Shown here: positions 23,908 to 36,298 of the stretch, piece after piece
Position numbering within the stretch: position 1 is the first letter of the stretch
How the letters are laid out: each line of letters opens with the position of its first letter
Source: Azolla caroliniana
Taxonomy: Eukaryota > Plantae > Polypodiophyta
Assembly (NCBI GenBank): GCA_043228905.1
Contig: JBHGNT010000003.1
Location: 6,696,001 to 6,760,000 of the forward strand
Direction: 5' to 3'
Length of the DNA: 64,000 nucleotides
Notes under the pieces: generated by a model
The model's input: the letters and a program-made list of their open reading frames with translations, nothing else
Databases searched by the model: none
Told to the model about the DNA's origin: nothing
Made by a program: the position numbers and the translations under genes

Positions 23908-24290
23908 TGTTGAGAGACAAGCTCAACATCGGCCGGATCAGCTGAAGAAGCCGAGGACCGATCGGTTAGGCCGAGTGCGTAAACCGGGAGGCCGTTAGGA
24001 AAGATATTCCGTGAGGAATATATTTGGGAGTTAGTGTAGGAGCTCTTAAAGAGCATTGAAGTACGGTCAGTACTTCGGTCAGTCCTTCGAGGACTTGTAT
24101 TAAAGTGTTCATAGAACACACATATGTATATAGCGTTGTATCGAGATTGAGTGAGTTGTTGAATATAGTTCTTGTGTTTTATCTCTCTGTCTCTCCCGCG
24201 TATACTGCGTAAACTCAAGCTCTCCATTAAACCTGAGTGTTCTTCCTTCTATTCTATCTTTATACTTGCTTCCGCACACTACTTTCTACA
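23908..24290 (+). repeat. 3' LTR of copia B (383 bp)
   Basis: Follows the PPT, ends TCTACA and is followed by the TSD. Confidence 0.95.
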
Positions 24291-24295
24291 TTTTC

Positions 24296-24407
24296 CCTAT
24301 TAGGGTTTTCCACATAAACATCCTATGTATTTCCTTGTGTACTCTCCATTTCCCATTTTTGTGTTTCATTCTTTTTGAAGTGATTCAAGATTCGGTTGTG
24401 GCCGAGC
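24296..24407 (+). mobile_element. Copia LTR A, 3' part (right boundary uncertain)
   Basis: tagggttttccac..aaacatcc and cggttgtggccgagca match the 3' part of LTRs E and D. No matching TSD found. Confidence 0.7.
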
Positions 24408-24730
24408 AATACTCTTCGTTGTCGTGCCTTACGGCTCCGGATCGTTGTGTGAGTCGGGTGGGAACCACCGAGGTTTTGGACTAGGAGGAAAGAAAATTCT
24501 AAGGCAATTAAGAATATGAAATATATTGTAAGAAAGAAAGATATAAAAAAATTTGTGAATACCACGAGTATAGTGTATTAGTGAGTAATCAAATTAAGAG
24601 AGAAAAATAGTTAGCAAATTCGTGAATCCCACGATTATATTATATTAATCAACCCTTGTAAAATAATCAACAACCTCTATACATCTTTCTCTCTTCCTTA
24701 TATAGTGTTGGAAGAGTCTAAGTTTATCAC

Positions 24731-25626
24731 CATAGATTGACCCATGCGTGATATTCTTGAGATTCGACATCCGTAATATTCGTGGTATTCGAGAATAGAA
24801 AATGGCCCTAAGAATATTATAAAACCATTCATTTACATATACATATACACACATACATACATACACATACATATATACACACATACACAAACATATATAT
24901 ACATATACACACACATACATAGATACATATATACACACATACATAGATACATATACACACACATACATAGATACATATACACACACATACATATATGTGT
25001 ACACAGACATACATCAATAATTAATTAACTCATTAATATAATGATTAATTTACTATTAACTAATTAATTCACTTAAACATTAATTGATTCACTAATACAT
25101 TAATTAATTTACAAATACATATCTTAATTCATTAACACATTAATTAATTCATTGGAAAATATTAGTTAATTAATTAATAATCAATTAATGCATTAATAAT
25201 TAATTAATTAGGGCTTTGGCAAAACTTAGGGTTTCAGTGAAACTCTGAATTTGCAGCGGACAACAGGATGTAGGATTAGGTAGAGCATGAGAGGGAGTCG
25301 ATGACGCAGGCCAAAAAGAAGAAATTTTGTCGAAATTAGGATTATGACAGAAATTAGGGTTTTCTGTCGAAACCCTAATTTCTGGCCGAGAACAGGATAT
25401 AGAGGGAAGCGAGGGTGTAAGTAGCACGCAGAGGGAGTAGGGTGAGGCGTCTTTGCTTCCTGTTGGCCACTGTTCATTCGCTCGTAAATAAAACACAATT
25501 TTATTTTTTTTATTTTATTTTTAATTTCAAAAAGAAGAAGAAAATGAATATATTTACGTGTATTCGTATTCCTATTCGTATGGATTCATGGGGCCTGCCC
25601 CACGAATGCGAATATTTCAATCTATG
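24731..25626. mobile_element. Non-autonomous hAT DNA transposon (896 bp)
   Basis: Perfect 10-bp TIR CATAGATTGA / TCAATCTATG. 8-bp TSD TTTATCAC at 24723-24730 and 25627-25634. TATTCG/CGAATA subterminal motifs. No transposase. Confidence 0.9.
24832..25012. repeat. (AC/AT)n compound microsatellite inside the hAT element
   Basis: Runs of acatac, acacac and atatat. Confidence 0.9.
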
Positions 25627-25899
25627 TTTATCACATGCAAGCATCATGCTTTTTCTATCTTTAGTTTTCATGCACACTGCATGTGCATGATTAGCTTTCT
25701 ATCTCATATTTTCTTTTAACTCGAGTGATGCATGAATAACTTTTGTACCATGCATGTCTAGAAATTTTACAGGATAAAGTTTAGTATAACTTTAAAATTC
25801 ATAATACCCTACTATAATGATAAAGCTTAACATTATTAACATGGAGGTGCAAGGTTTGAATCTTGCCCTATGCATGTAATATATATATTTTTATACTTT

Positions 25900-26190
25900 C
25901 TTCTATTTACAAATATGTCTCTTCATCCGGTGAGAGACTCTCACCGACCTTCTTCATCCGGCTCTTTCCAGTTTTGCTTCATCCGGTGCTTGATAGTTTT
26001 CTTTGTCCGGTTCTTACCGGGACCTCCTTACCGATCTCTTCGTCCGTTTCTCACAGACTCTCACCGGCCTTCTTCATCCGGCTCTTGCCGGGTCTCCTTA
26101 CCGGTTTCGGTCCTTACCGGTTCCTTCTTCCGTTTTCTTTGTCCGGTTCTTACCGGGTACTCCATGTCCTATCCGGGGAGACCAAAAATG
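25900..26190 (-). mobile_element. Diverged LTR fragment F related to the A/D/E LTR family
   Basis: tatttacaaatatgtctcttcatccgg and repeated ttcatccgg units; atgtcctatccggggagacc resembles the reverse complement of the family LTR 5' end. Confidence 0.6.
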
Positions 26191-26272
26191 TAAATTTTCA
26201 CGTAGTGTGCGAATTACACTACGACAACGCAATTCCTCACAAACTAGTATCAGAGCGAACAATACACAATGA

Positions 26273-26488
26273 AAAACACGACTTACAATTGGTGTCACAA
26301 TGGAGTGTGGTCACCCACTAACTACATGGCTAGTGCAATAGTCTCTCTCTTTCTCTCTCTTGTAATTAGCTTTTAGTAGAAATTTGTGTGAAAAACACAC
26401 ACGACTTACAATTGGTGTCACAATGGAGTGTGGTCACCCACTAACTACATGGCTAGTGCAATAGTCTCTCTCTCTCTCTCTCTCTCTT
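26273..26488. repeat. ~124-bp tandem duplication ending in (CT)n; the second copy is split by the RTE-like LINE
   Basis: cacgacttacaattggtgtcacaatggag...gcaatagtctctct occurs twice; the tail ttgtaattagctt of copy 2 reappears at ~28770. Confidence 0.85.
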
Positions 26489-28677
26489 TGAGTAGAAGAA
26501 TATGGGAAGTTACTCAACAATTTATCCAAACGCAAGAGAAAGCACATGCATGTGCTAAATTTTGGGGAAATCTAAAGGGAAAACGTGTTGAGAGTTATGG
26601 TGACTTAACTCTTCACGACTTGTCTATGCATTGTAAGAATTTATATGAGTTATCTCTTGCCGGAAAGATGATGTGTTATGGTTCTCTTTCACATATGCCT
26701 TCCTTCTTTACAATTGAAGATATATGCATAGGACTTAAGAAATTGGCCTCTCGAAAGGCAAGCGATCTTCAATGTATAAAGGCTGAAATGCTCAAATGGA
26801 CGGGAAAGGAAGCACATATATGGATAAGCGATATGTTTAATGATGCATTGCAACATGGTATGCCGTACGATTGGACTACAAATTGGATCAAACCTTTACA
26901 TAAAGGTGGAGATATAAATAATGTAAACAATTATCGAACCATCATGGTTGGCTCATTAATGGCAAAACTATTTGGATGTATAATGGAATCAAAGATAAGT
27001 GTATGGGCTGAAAAAAGTGGTAAGAGAGCTTATGGACAAGCTGGCTTTCGGAAACACCATAGCACCATTGATCACCTTATCACCCTTCGAGTATTAATGG
27101 AGGAAAGTCGCCTTAGAGGTAAAGGTTTATATTGTTGCTTTGTAGACTTCAAGAAAGCTTTTGATATGGTACCTCGTGAGCATCTTTGGAGGCGAATGGA
27201 AGAACTTGAGGTGCCAAGTGAATATATGCTTGCAATTTCCCGAATTTATGAGAAGGTTATATGTTGTGTGCGCATGAAAGACAAACTTTCAGATTTTTTC
27301 AAAAGCACTATTGGTGTTAAGCAAGGATGCCCACTCTCACCAACACTATTTGGTCTATGCATTGATGAATTGGAAGAAATGGTTACCAAGTTTGCAAAGG
27401 AAGAATGTGTTGAAGAAGTTGCCATTGGGAATGTTGTGATTATGCTTTTGCTATATGCAGATGACGTAGTGCTTTTTGCAAATACTTTAGGAGATGCACA
27501 AAAGCTTATGAAGGCATTGGAAAAATTTTGCATGCATACTAAATTAAGTGTCAATAGCTCTAAAACAAAGATTATGCTTGTGAAGAGCCAAAAAAGAGAT
27601 AAACCATGCATTATGTACAACAATGAGCCACTTGAATGTGTGGAAAGCTTCAAATATCTTGGCCTTGAAGTTCCTTCAAATCATAGATGGAATGAATGTG
27701 CTACACGCCGCTTAGAGGCGGGCAAACGAGCATACTATGCATTTGAGAACACATGCAATCTTGGAGATATTAAGTGTTGGGTCCTCAAGAAATATCTTTT
27801 TGACACTTTGGTGACACCAGTTCTTCTCTATGGGGTGGAAGTATGGGGCGGTAGCATCCCTAAGTCTATGTGGAAAGAGTTTGAAAATGTCCAAAAGCAT
27901 TTTCTTACCAAGTTTCTACAAGTTAAGAAACAAACGTCCTACACCCTCCTCCTCCTTGAAACGGGATCGCTTCCCATTGAGATCATGGCCATGGAAAGGG
28001 TTGTTGAATACATGCTTAAGGTTCAAAAAAGTCCCTCACATCGACTTCCTAGAATTGCGTGGGAAGCAAGCAAAAAGATCCAAAAGACGCATAAAAGCAA
28101 AATTTTGTGTTCCGGTTGGATGCAAGATATAGAAAAATGGTTTGGTAGATGGGATGCGAGACACTTGCTTCATGATGCATCATTAGATTCCTCTGTAAAT
28201 GAGGCATTTTTGCAACGCCAATGTATCATGACATGGGACAAATGTGGAGGCTCACGCTTCACACATTATACTACACATGTTGCACCTAACTACAAAACCA
28301 TATTCTTTGCGGAACGGGGAAATCGTACACATCCATACATGTTAGAGCCCATACCGTTATCTGCCATTCGAACCATTGCTTCCATGCGACTTAGCTCACA
28401 TGCATTGCGATGTGAAACAGGGCGTTGGGGTACAAGTGATGAGAGTGGTCGGCTATGCACACTTTGCCCTAAACAAGTTCGCGAGTCTGAGTATCACACT
28501 TTGATACAATGCTCTGCCTTTGATCATATTCGACCATGCTTTCCACATCTCTTCGATCGAGCCCAATCTTTGCATGAATTCCTCTCACAACCACAATGTG
28601 CACTCTCGATTGCAACATTCATTGGTAAAGTTCTTGAACATCGAGAGTCATTACTCACTTTCACACGTATCACGTGA
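26489..28677 (+). CDS. LINE reverse transcriptase with C-terminal CCHC domain (endonuclease truncated away)
   Basis: NYRTI, QAGFR, FVDFKKAFD, GVKQGCPLSP, LLYADD and FKYLG; C-terminal RLSSHALRCETGRW...CTLC...ESEYHTLIQC. No internal stops; no genuine start codon. Confidence 0.85.
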
Positions 28678-28750
28678 AATGTAATATTTTTGGTCTCATA
28701 GGTCATATTTGATCTCCGAAGACGATAATATAATCTATCTATCTATCTAT
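26489..28750 (+). mobile_element. 5'-truncated RTE/RTEX-like non-LTR retrotransposon
   Basis: Open RT ORF to 28677, short 3' UTR and (TCTA)n tail; (CT)n runs on both sides serve as the target duplication. Confidence 0.88.
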
Positions 28751-28797
28751 CTCTCTCTCTCTCTCTCTCTTGTAATTAGCTTACCCTAGTGGTAAGT

Positions 28798-28932
28798 CGT
28801 TTACACTACTAGGACTACATTTTGGGTTCGAAATCTAATTTTCTCACCTCTCTATTACTCCACATATATCGTTTACACTACTAGCACTACATCTTGGGTT
28901 CAAAATCTAATTTTCTCACCTCTCTATTACTA
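28798..28932. repeat. ~71-bp tandem duplication
   Basis: tcgtttacactactag..ctacat..tgggttc.aaatctaattttctcacctctctattact occurs twice. Confidence 0.8.
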
Positions 28933-28951
28933 TATATCTTTTATTTCACTA

Positions 28952-31900
28952 GATGGCACTCTGGAATGTAGGGTTGAACCCATCACCACATGGTCTCCAT
29001 TGTGTGGTCACTTTTTAATGATCCTTATGGTCGGTTTTTGGTTCTAGAAATCACTTTTTTTGGAGAGGTTGTGTGGGTGGTTGGGATTTATGCCCCTAAC
29101 CAAGCCACTCAACGTATTGCATTATGGGGCTCATTCTGTCAAACCCTATGTGTGGGCCTTCCAGGATTACTTATGGGTGATTTTAACATGTGTGTTGATG
29201 CATCTCAATCTTCGTCTGAACATTCAATCATGGATGATCCTGAGCAACTTGCTTGGGATTCATTGGCTATGGAGGTTTTGAAGTGGATGTTTGGACATGG
29301 TTTCATGGGAATGATCCAGGTTTTACTTTCCAATCCGCTCAACATAGACAAACATGGAGTCGGTTAGATAGAATGTATCTAATGCGCAATGATTCTTTTT
29401 AACCGACATTACTTCGTATGGCAGTTTTACAAGATGTAGGAACTTCATATCACTTTCCTATTTGTTTGGAGATTTGTGGTCATGCGATTGACATGTATAA
29501 ATCCTTACTTGGAAAGCCTCCATTATGCTTTAACTCTTCTCTCTTGCTTCAACCTCACTTTGATTCTCTCATGGAGCAAATTTTGGTAAATTTTTCACAA
29601 GAAGTGAATCTTAAAGGAGTTAAAGCATGGGATATCACATTACGAAATATTAAGATCGTTCATCTTATGTATGGAGTAACTAATGCTCAACGAAGAAGAG
29701 GTCTTCTTCTAATATTCTCACAAGTTCTCTCTAGGTGTAATGCATTATTGATACGTGCACCTTTAGATGAGGAGCTTTTGGATATCCAAAGTCAATTGCA
29801 TGTTATTATTTCTCAATTGCAATGCCAAAGTTATCGTTATGTGAAGATGCGACAATTGAGGGATGGGCTCATAGATAATCAATGTCAATCCCATTTGTTT
29901 TTCCAAGCTTTACATCCTACGTATACTCGATCTAATGTGGTACATGTGAAGCAAGGTGATGAATGGATAGTGGATCCTACTAAAATAATTGACATATGTG
30001 TTCATTACTTTAAGGAGTTGATTGGCCCACAATTGTTAATGACAAATGAGGTGAGTAGAGCACATCATGAGTTTTATGATGTAGTTGGATGTATTGTGCA
30101 TGACCTCATTAGTCATGAATTGGATGCGGATTTCACTGAGGACGAGGTGGACATAGTTTTAAGGCATCTTCCTAGTGGTAAGAGCCCTGGTTGGGATGGC
30201 TTGACAAATGAAGTTTTTAAGCGATATTCACACATTTTAAAGGGGCCCTTAACTTTGATGTTTCAACATTCTTGGGATTTTGGTCGTATGCCTCAAGCTT
30301 GGAAGGTTGGTCTAATTAAATTAGTTCCAAAGGTGGCATCTCTAGAGTCATTTCATCAATGGAGACCTATTTCTTTGATGGGGGGGTTATATAAGATATT
30401 TACAAAGTTCTTGGCAAATAGATTACAAAAGTATTTGCCAAAGTTGATACATCCCACCCAATATGGTTTTATTGCAGGTAGGAATATATTGCATAATGTG
30501 TTGAATGTTCAAATGACCATGGATTATGCTCGAAACACTCATCAAGAATTGATTATGGTGCAATTAGATTTGGAGAAAGCTTATGATCATGTTAATTGGT
30601 CCTTTCTTTCTGGGTTAATGCATACAATGGGCTTTGGACCTCATATGTCTCACCTCATATTTTTATTAGGACAAGATGCGTTGTCTCGAGTCATGCTTAA
30701 TGGAGGAGTTACATCAGATATTGCCCTTACAAGATCCATTCGTCAAGGATGCCCTATTAGCCCGTTGTTGTTTGCTATTGTTACTCATCCCTTGTTAGTG
30801 ATGTTATCAAGGCTGGCAACAAATGGGGATATTGTGGATCTACACCGTTCGTCTAGAGGGCAACTAATTGCACAAGCTTTGGTTGATGATTCTTTCATGT
30901 TTCTACAAGCCTCACGAGAGAATCTTGAGAAGGGGATGCTTGTATGAAACCAATTTGCATTGGCTTCCAGATTACATATTAATCGGAGGAAGTCTAGTCT
31001 CATATCATGTACTGAAAGGGATTTGGAATGTTTAGGATGGCAAGGATCTGTGGTGAAGAAAGGCTCTATTTTTCCACACTTGGGCTATCCATTAGGAATG
31101 AATGTTACAAATGGTCAATTGATTGAATGGATGTCTAGTAAGTTGAGGGATAAGTTCATGTATTGGAAATCACAATCTTGACCATTTCATGTACGTTTGA
31201 AGGTTGTACAATGTATTATGGAACCTATGATATTATATTACTTGCCATTGTTGCCGCGGACAAAGAAGGCTTTGCATTCTATTTTGCAACCTCTTTGATA
31301 TTTGTTGTGGAAGAAAAGGGATAAGATGGGAATCACTGGGGTTGCATGGAATCATCTAGCAACTCCTAAGCTCTTGGGGGGAGCTGGAGTATTGAACTTA
31401 TCTAAGCATATGATGGCTCGTAGATTTTCATTATTACAATGCATGTGTTCAAACTCACAACCATGGATATCTATTGTTCAATATTTCATTGAGAACAAGG
31501 GTTTAACACATGGGAGGATAACAATTAAGGCTTCATGGTGGCAATTACTAAATGGATGTATTTCACTTAGGATTCTGGGCTCTACATGTGTTCAACACTT
31601 GGTTACCTCATGGCAAGAAGCACTCTTGTTATGTGTATGGAAACCATCATCTAGTAGAGAGTATTGTAATTCTTTGCAAAAAGAGTTACTTGTGTCTTCT
31701 TGGTTATTATGTTGGCCAGGAAAGGAGAGATTACGCTCTCAATTTAATCATTTGTTTCGTTTGGGGGTCAAAGAGGTGGGAGATATAGTTGAGGCTCCAC
31801 CTCAAAGAATTTTGGAGTTTGTTGAAGCACAACAATTATTACGCATTCCGCCTAATTATGGGTTTATTTGGCAACAACTACAAAATATTCCATTGATGCA

Positions 31901-32704
31901 AGGTCCCTTACCTCTAAAAACAGGAGAACAACCGTGGATTGATTGGTGTTTAAAGGGTCAAACATCGTTGTTACAAGTGACTACAAATCTTTTGTATCAT
32001 TGTTTTGTTGAGTCTCGTGGATGGTTATCATCTAAGGCTGAAGAAGAATGGAGATTACACAAATCTGATCATGGGTGGTGGCAAATCTTACAACGTAGTT
32101 GGCATTCTAAATTGCCACTTGTAGCAAAGGTCTTCATTTGGAGAGTTTTGATTGGAGGATTGCCTTTGGGATTAGCTCTAAAGCGTCGTGGACTAGCAAT
32201 GGGCAATTGCTTTTTTTGCAATGTTCAAATGGAAGATAATACTCATCGATTTATACAATGCCCGATTGCTTCTCAGATTTAGAGTTACATTTCTCAAATT
32301 TGGCAAGTTTTATCACGGTGTTATTTGACACCTAGACAGTGGGTGCTTGCACAATTTACACAAGTGGACCCAAAGTCAGAGATGGAGATTGTTTTTCTAG
32401 TTTTGAGATATTGGGGATTGCGTCATAATTGGAATATGCGCAACGCTTTTGTATTCCATGCTAGACATGGAGTGAAAGCATATCTACGAAAGTTGAAGGG
32501 AGTACTAATGTGGCAATTTTCTTTATTGGAGCAAGTGGAAATCCTTTGCTCGGTGGAATGTTCGTCTTGCCTATTGGCAATTGAACATGTTCCACTACCC
32601 ATGTAGTGTAGTGTAGTTAGTGGCTGACCATACTTCATGGTCACACCCATTGTAAGTAGTGTTTTTTACACACATTTATTAATATAATTGTGTGTTTTCA
32701 CCAA
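28952..32704 (+). mobile_element. Degenerate L1-clade LINE (ORF2 only: APE, RT, zf-RVT)
   Basis: WNV, IYAPN and MGDFN (APE); KSPGWDG, WRPISL, LDLEKAYD and RQGCPISP (RT); CFFC...HRFIQC (zinc finger). Several stops and frameshifts; ends next to (GA)n. Confidence 0.88.
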
Positions 32705-34399
32705 GAGAGAGAGAGAGAGAGAGAGAGCAAATGGATGTAGCTCAACTTGCATTCAACCCATACATTCAACAATGACATCTAGCAAATTAAGAAACAATAT
32801 GAAGTGTAATAAAGAGGGGTGGATGTTGAGCCTTGAAGCCAAGGCTTGACTTGCCATTAGGGTAAATTGATTACAGAGAAAGAGTAGCTTGCTCAGTAAG
32901 GTTGTTCAATGGAGACCTTTGGTACTCAATGGGGTATATTCCAATATGAAGAGCGATAATTACACTTGAATTGGGCAATATATTTCCTAAAATAGTTGTA
33001 TTTGTACTTGCCTATTCCTTGTTCTAATGAAAGAGGAATGAAATTGATTCCAAATTTGTCTCATTGTTATTCTCTATTTATTATTGCTATGATAATGTTT
33101 GCATTTCCACCACGGGTAAAATCACTCAACATTATTGATTTCAAGGTCACACAATCGTATTCGTTCATATTTTGTATATTTGGCAAGTCAAACAATTATA
33201 AGTTGTTAACAAAACCTACAGTTCGACATTCAATTATATACATGGAGATTTTACACATGTATATGTTCAATTATCACCCTTTTTTATTGACTTTCGTAAG
33301 GTTCAATCATAAAATTGTATGGATTGGACACAGGTGTGTTCTACAACACATGTAAGAAATAATAGACTTGTCCAAAAATTAAAGAACCAACAATAACTTT
33401 CAAGTTACGATAGTATTTATACATTTTGGAAATTTGATACACCTGACTTAATGAGGAGACACAAGGTATACTTTATTTAGATTTGCCTTTAGGGATTTAG
33501 ATCAACATCCTAGATGGTCATTGAAAGTTTAAGGAGGTTTAGAACTTGGAAGGTTTTTGAAAAATCATAGATGTCTTTGGTCAACATTGATAAAACATTT
33601 TGACAAGGTGAACCAAAGACCTCGATGTATTATACACAAACTTCCCCACAAGGGTAGCATTAAATTACATTCGGAAAACCAAAGATTACCATGGTTGCAA
33701 CTTTAGAAAGACATGAAAGTGCAAGCTTATGGGGTCGCTTTCATGATTTAATCACACACAAACTTCCCGATGGTTAGAAGGAGGATTAGTTTAAATCAAG
33801 AAGTTCACTAGCCATGAGGATCAATAATGATTTTCATGATTACAACTTTGGAAAGAAACAAAAGTGCAAGTGTATGGGATCGCTTCTGCCATTGGATCGC
33901 CAACACTAAAAGAAATGTTCGTATATTGGATGTTTTGATGTGTCGATATGATTTTTACCGCATTTATTGTGACCTTTACATGCATCATTGATTTCACTCC
34001 ACCTCCTTTTGCAGATCCAAACATATTCACAAACTTGTATTTGTTTCCTCAGTATATAAAAACATCATTTTCAGTGTGAACATTCCTAGTTTTGTAGCTA
34101 TTCAATTACGTTGCTACCCACTTCTAGAAGCCTTCCGTTGATGAATGATTATACAATAGTGGTTCGTATGAAATGATTGTTCTGCACTTCCTACATGGTG
34201 AAGCTTGCTACACGTGTCACGATTGTGAAGTAAGCTTCTGTTTGGGTATACACCCTTGGATTGTTGTTACGCACTCAACACTCATCATAGTTGTTATCGC
34301 TCATATCTCAAAGTTTTCCACGTATCTATTAGAGATTTTAGAAGATTCTTCAAATGTTTAAAGAAATTCAAAATCATCGACATTCAATTTGGAGGAAAT

Positions 34400-34607
34400 A
34401 TATCCATATCATCCTACTATAGTAATTTACAACCAACCAAAAGAAATCATTATGGCATTCATGTGAAGTCATGGATGAGGGGGCATTGCCATGATTTAAA
34501 ATGTGATAGTTGTGGTTCTCCCATTGAATCGGTTTACCATGTTTTATGGATATGTCATATTGCTAGAGCAGTTTGGAAAAGAATGTTGAGAATGTTGTAT
34601 CCTATTT
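34400..34607 (+). mobile_element. Old L1 3' remnant (zf-RVT), left part, split by the minus-strand L1
   Basis: CDSCGSPIESVYHVLWICHIARAVWKRMLRMLYP; the frame resumes at 42174. Confidence 0.8.
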
Positions 34608-35044
34608 TTACCATAAAACATATGCTCCATTGGTATTAATAAAAAGCCCGGAGGCAGTATACAAATAGTACATAATATTGTTTCATCTCCACCAGTATAT
34701 TTGAACTGATTCTAGCATTTGTAAAAACTGTTGGGAAAAAAACAGCCATAAAACACAACATTGATTCCAGTGATCTGTTGCAGAAAACAAAATTTTGGGC
34801 TCTTAGCACAGAACTCCATAGAAAACTTGTATTTCACATGATATTCCATGTCCTCCGTCTTTCCAATCATATGTGTCAGGTGTGGAGCTATAAGAAGATT
34901 CACCATCCCAACAGAAACAGTTGCAAATAGATCTGAAGTGATTCCAGTATTTGTAAAAATTGTTGGGGAGAAAAAAACAGACCATGAAAATGAAATGTAC
35001 TATACTAATCTCCACCTCTCACCCCATTTGCTTCGATCCCCACA

Positions 35045-36140
35045 ACTTATTCACTCTCCCTTCATGACGTGCTTCGGCCCCCTCACCATCATCACTCCTA
35101 AAAACAACCAAATTGCTTCATTCAATCCACCTCCACCATCTCGCCGAATGCCACCAATGTCCTGTGGAATTAACAACAAAATAAGTAAAAAATTCCTCAT
35201 CCCCTCATGAGCTGCTTCGATCCCCCCCACCATCATCACTCCTAAAACAGACACATTGCTTCCTTTAGTCCACATCCACCATCTCGCCGAATAGCACCAA
35301 TGTCTTGTGCAATGAATCAACAAAAATGAGAAATTGTTCCTCATTCCCTCATGATTTGCTTCGTTCCCCCACACCATCGTCACTCCTAAAAACAGAGAAA
35401 TTGCTTCAATCAAACCACATCCACCATCTCGCCGAATACCACCTCTGACCTATACAAAAAACAACAAAAACAAGTGAATAATGGTTCCTCATCCCCTCAT
35501 GATTTGCTTCTGTCCCCCCCACCATCATCACTCCTAAAAACAAACAAATTGCTTCAATCAATCCACATCCACCATCTCGCCGAGTACCGCCAATATCTTG
35601 TGTAATTAACAACAAAATAAGTGAACAATGATTCCTCTCCCCTCCTGATCTGCTTCAACCCTCGCACCAACACCACTCATCCTCACACCATGACAAAGTT
35701 GCTTCAAATCCCACTGCCATCATCCCGCAACCTATGAGAACCATAATATCTGTCTTAAGTCAGCCCATATCTGGGGTATCTTGCTTCCCCTATTCCATCT
35801 CACCGATTAACGCGGCCCTGTAATCACAACAAAAAATGAGGGAAAACCATCCCTCGCCTTCTCATAATAATCTGCTTCAGCCCCCACTCCAACATCACTC
35901 ATCCTAACCACAAAAAACAGAAAAACGGCTTCGTCATGTCCCCATCTACCATCTCACTATCTCTGATTCGACAATCTTGTTGCACTAACAACCAACAAAC
36001 GAGTAGAAAACAAACAGAAATCCTCACCTTCTCCTAGTAATCTTCGACAACCCCCACCAACATCAGTCATCCTAATCACAAAACAACTTAAACCTATTTC
36101 AACCTGTCCACATCCACCATGTCGATGTCTCTGATTATCA
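35045..36140. repeat. ~144-148 bp tandem array in the L1 3' region
   Basis: caccatc.tcactcctaaaa at 35084, 35228, 35372 and 35520, with decayed copies at ~35665, ~35890 and ~36055. Confidence 0.85.
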
Positions 36141-36298
36141 CACGAAATCTGCCTCATACCACTAAAATCTTCTTTTACTAGCCTGATTCAGCATCCAGAA
36201 CATCATCCCATTTCCTCATATCTTCTTCTAGCATATGTATATCTTACCTACATTAAAATAGGCTTCATACATGCCGCAACCGTCTCCTCCCTGTTATC

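Larger units (their letters stand above)
6479..24290 (+). mobile_element. Ty1/copia LTR retrotransposon B (defective; hosts C, D and E)
   Basis: LTRs 6479-6876 and 23908-24290 (TG...CA). TSD TTTTC at 6474-6478 and 24291-24295. tRNA-iMet PBS TGGTATCAGAGC at 6877-6888. PPT GAGGGGGAG at 23899-23907. Confidence 0.96.

Noticed and set aside
24454-24484. GGTGG-gaa-CCACC hairpin followed by CTAG as a Helitron 3' end
   Set aside because: The stem is short, CTAG is followed by G rather than T, and no 5' end was found.
24645-25017. VCVY-repeat ORFs (similar ones at 55658-56330)
   Set aside because: They are translations of AC/AT microsatellites.
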